From assembly GCA_016201695.1 (NCBI GenBank), contig JACQCK010000044.1, forward strand, positions 27-64,026: a stretch of 64,000 nucleotides of DNA, read 5' to 3'. The notes below the pieces were generated by a model that saw only the letters and a list, made by a program, of their open reading frames with translations, was not told where the DNA came from and did not search any database. Origin of the DNA: Candidatus Roizmanbacteria bacterium. Lineage in GTDB: Bacteria > Patescibacteriota > Microgenomatia > UBA1406 > GWC2-37-13. The position numbers and the translations under genes were made by a program. Below, one piece after another: positions 61,310 through 64,000 of this stretch. Within the stretch, counting starts at the first letter, position 1. The number at the start of each line of letters is the position of its first letter.

Positions 61310-61923
61310 AAACGCTTGTCATCGCCACCAAAAACTCCGCGAAGTTCACCGAAATCTCGCGGGCGATAAACCGGCTCGAAAGGGACAAAGTCCGTCTTCT
61401 TTCTCTCAACGACTTCCCAAGGGTGGAAGAACCGGTCGAAACCGGCAAAACGTTTAAGGACAATGCTTTTCTTAAGGCCAAACATTACGCCGAACTGACC
61501 GGTGCCCCCTGTCTCTCCGACGACGCCGGTTTAAGTATCGACATTCTTAACGGTGAACCCGGAGTCAGGTCGCGACGCTGGCCAGGGCACGAGGCAAGCG
61601 ATCAAGAGCTTATCGACTTTACCCTACAAAAATTAAAAGGCGTACCGCGGAAAAAACGCTCGGCCAAACTCCAACTTTGCCTCTGTTTCTACGACCCGCA
61701 AACGAAAATTGCTTTGTTTGAAGAGGCGGCAACCGGCGGTTATATTGCCGAAAAGCCGCTGTCTAACTTTACCCCCGGCTACCCATTCCGCGCCGTTTTC
61801 ATCGTTGACCGGTTTCACAAGTACTATCAACGCCTAACTCCAGAAGAGCATGAACTCGTCAACCACCGTTTCCTGGCGGCGACAAAATTGGCCAAAAAAA
61901 TCATTCCGCTTTTGCTAGAATAA
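61306..61923 (+). CDS. rdgB: Non-canonical purine NTP pyrophosphatase (RdgB/HAM1)
   Basis: ATKNSAK, ETGKTFKDNAFLKA, DDAGL, PGVRSRR, NHR. Confidence 0.88.
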   Translation: MKTLVIATKNSAKFTEISRAINRLERDKVRLLSLNDFPRVEEPVETGKTFKDNAFLKAKHYAELTGAPCLSDDAGLSIDILNGEPGVRSRRWPGHEASDQELIDFTLQKLKGVPRKKRSAKLQLCLCFYDPQTKIALFEEAATGGYIAEKPLSNFTPGYPFRAVFIVDRFHKYYQRLTPEEHELVNHRFLAATKLAKKIIPLLLE

Positions 61924-61972
61924 GATATTATTTCCTGGCACCTGATTTTGCCAGCGACATAATTAATTTCTT

Positions 61973-63223
61973 ATGCTTTCAGTTGATTACATCAGAAAAA
62001 ATCCGCAAAAAGTCAAGGACGCCGCCCGTAACAAAAATCGACAGGTCGACATTGACCTTATTCTCAAACTCGATGAGCAGCGAAGAAACGTAATCCAGGA
62101 AATACAGACTCTTCGCGAACAAAGAAACGCGAGCTCGCACCAAAAACCGGACCAGGAAACTATACAAAAAAATAAAAAGCTTAAAGAAACTCTTAAACAA
62201 GCTGAACAAAAATTACGGGCCATTGAATCAGAGCTCAACACCCTCCTCCTTTTCGTTCCGAATATTCCCCTGGCAGAAGTCCCGATCGGAAAAGACGCAA
62301 GCCAAAACAAGGTCGTCAGAACAGTCGGCACAATTCCACAGTTCAACTTTACTCCCCGCTCCCATCTTGAAATCGGAGAGGCGCTTGATCTTTTGGATCT
62401 TGAACGAGGGACGAAGGTGGCCGGTTTTCGGGGTTATTTTCTTAAAAATCAACTCGCGGTCCTGCACCTCGCGCTGCTTTTTTATTCCTTTCAAAAGCTG
62501 GTCAAAAAAGGCTATACCCCTTTGGTGGCGCCGGCCATAGTCAAGAACTTCGCCCTGGTTGGCTCGGCACATTTTCCCTGGGGTAAGGAACAGGACGTCT
62601 ATAAACTAAACGAAGAAGATGCTTATCTGGCGGCGACGGCCGAGGTGGCGACGACCGCTTATTATGCTGGCGAAACGCTCGCCCAAAAACAACTGCCAAA
62701 AAAATTTGTCGCTATCTCCCCATGTTTCCGTCGTGAAGCCGGCGCCTACGGAAAAGATACCAAAGGTCTCTACCGCGTCCATGAGTTTTTGAAAACCGAG
62801 CAGGTTATTTTAAGCGAAAACAATATTGATAAAGCGCGGGAGATCCACGAAGAACTGCAAACAAACGCAGAAGAAATCCTCAAGGACCTGCGGCTTCCTT
62901 ACCGGGTACTTCTCATGTGTACGGGTGACATGGGCGAACCGCAACTGAAGAAATACGATACCGAAACCTGGATGCCTTCGCGAAAAAACTACGGCGAAAC
63001 TATGTCGAACTCTATTATGGGAGATTTCCAAACCCGAAGACTGAATATAAAATACAAAACACCCGAAGGAAAAAGCGAATACTGCTTTTCTTATAATAAT
63101 ACCGCTCTGGCCTCACCCCGTATCCTGATCGCCATTCTTGAAAATTACCAACAGGAAAACGGCAGTGTCAAGGTTCCGACTGTTTTGCAGTCTCTGGCCG
63201 GATTCTCGGAAATAAAAAAATGA
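61973..63223 (+). CDS. serS: Serine-tRNA ligase
   Basis: N-terminal coiled coil, TAE, FRREAG, GLYRVHEF, ILENYQ. Confidence 0.96.
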   Translation: MLSVDYIRKNPQKVKDAARNKNRQVDIDLILKLDEQRRNVIQEIQTLREQRNASSHQKPDQETIQKNKKLKETLKQAEQKLRAIESELNTLLLFVPNIPLAEVPIGKDASQNKVVRTVGTIPQFNFTPRSHLEIGEALDLLDLERGTKVAGFRGYFLKNQLAVLHLALLFYSFQKLVKKGYTPLVAPAIVKNFALVGSAHFPWGKEQDVYKLNEEDAYLAATAEVATTAYYAGETLAQKQLPKKFVAISPCFRREAGAYGKDTKGLYRVHEFLKTEQVILSENNIDKAREIHEELQTNAEEILKDLRLPYRVLLMCTGDMGEPQLKKYDTETWMPSRKNYGETMSNSIMGDFQTRRLNIKYKTPEGKSEYCFSYNNTALASPRILIAILENYQQENGSVKVPTVLQSLAGFSEIKK

Positions 63224-64000
63224 TTAATAGCCGGGCGGCGCTGGGGTCTCGGTTGGCGCCTGACAGGAAACCGAGTTCTCGGTTCCTTTGATAAAATATT
63301 CGGTCCGGCCAAAATAGCATTTTTTCTCAACCACGTTTTCCGGTTTTTCAAACCGCGCCTTTCCCCCGCTATAATTTTTAAGTACATACGCCATCACCCG
63401 ATTCCAAATAGGAGCAGCACCGGTAATGCCGGAGGTAAGATAAGGATTCATCGGCGTACCATCATTATTGCCAACCCAGACGGCGGTCAGGAAGTTTGGT
63501 GTATAACCGATGGTCCAGTTGTCTTTTTTATTATAGCCCGGGATCTCAAGCGATGAATTTGTACCAAAAGCCCATCCGCGAGCGACGTTATCGGCTAAAA
63601 TATCGGAAATAATATAAGCGATCCCGTCATTTAGTACTTTGGTACGCGACGGTCGGGCGGTGAAAATCGAGTCACCGACTTGATTTTCAATTTTTATGCT
63701 ACCGGTCAATTCCTGACGGAAACCCTGATTGACAAATACCGAAAAAGCAGTTGCCATATCGACCATAGTCACCTCGCCCCCGCCCAAAGTCAGCGATAGT
63801 CCAAAACGCGACGAATCGTTCCAGGTGCTGATACCCATTTTTTGCGCATGGACGACAAAGTTGCCAACGCCAACCGTACTTAATACTTTTACCGCGGGAA
63901 TGTTATATGAATTGGCCAGCGCATACCGAAGAGGAATTTTCCCGTGAAACCGGCCGTCATAGTTAACCGGTCTATACGACTCGCCGCCAGCCGAGGCAAA
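63224..64000 (-). CDS. Class A penicillin-binding protein, 3' part, apparently lacking the KTG motif
   Basis: Frame open to the window edge: NYDGRFHG, ALANSYNIPAVK (SxN), SLTLGGGEV, DNWTIGYTP. Confidence 0.88.
   Translation of the reverse strand, partial: FASAGGESYRPVNYDGRFHGKIPLRYALANSYNIPAVKVLSTVGVGNFVVHAQKMGISTWNDSSRFGLSLTLGGGEVTMVDMATAFSVFVNQGFRQELTGSIKIENQVGDSIFTARPSRTKVLNDGIAYIISDILADNVARGWAFGTNSSLEIPGYNKKDNWTIGYTPNFLTAVWVGNNDGTPMNPYLTSGITGAAPIWNRVMAYVLKNYSGGKARFEKPENVVEKKCYFGRTEYFIKGTENSVSCQAPTETPAPPGY
63392..63506. repeat. Right copy of the perfect inverted repeat (partner 1-115)
   Basis: Exact reverse complement of nt 1-115. Confidence 0.95.

Noticed and set aside
1..64000. CRISPR array, transposase, integrase, prophage or rRNA
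   Set aside because: No regularly spaced repeats or recognisable motifs seen by eye

Overview
Gene-dense bacterial chromosome segment. Its gene content and style (truncated AlaRS, class I LysRS next to greA, TsaC-TsaE fusion, stand-alone 5'-3' exonuclease, many apparently leaderless genes) suggest a Patescibacteria/CPR, Microgenomates-like genome; this is inference. Left to right: the 3' end of a class A PBP; an argH-argG-DDAH operon whose argH and argG are both interrupted; a glycosyltransferase cluster with tRNA(CAT); femX and lon; an Rrf2-sufCBDSU-ferredoxin-oxoacid:ferredoxin oxidoreductase operon; tsaC/E-tsaD, ftsH, exonuclease and glmS; a five-gene accessory patch; secA, alaS, PNP, tRNA-Glu, greA, lysS (internal amber), a PRTase and a broken guaA; a tightly coupled minus-strand operon; pyrG, rdgB, serS and a second class A PBP. 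The best candidate for an undescribed system is that operon (51011-59503): ArgG-MGS fusion, amidinotransferase-fold hydrolase, 8-oxoguanine-deaminase-like enzyme, divergent radical SAM, OPRT-like, UPRT-like, Maf-like and a further PRTase, possibly making or salvaging a non-canonical nucleotide. Also notable: an exact inverted repeat of at least 115 bp linking the two PBP genes 63 kb apart, loss of the KTG motif in one PBP, uORF-plus-terminator leaders, and a 132-nt rod hairpin next to tRNA-Glu. All product calls come from motifs recognised by eye; no searches were run.
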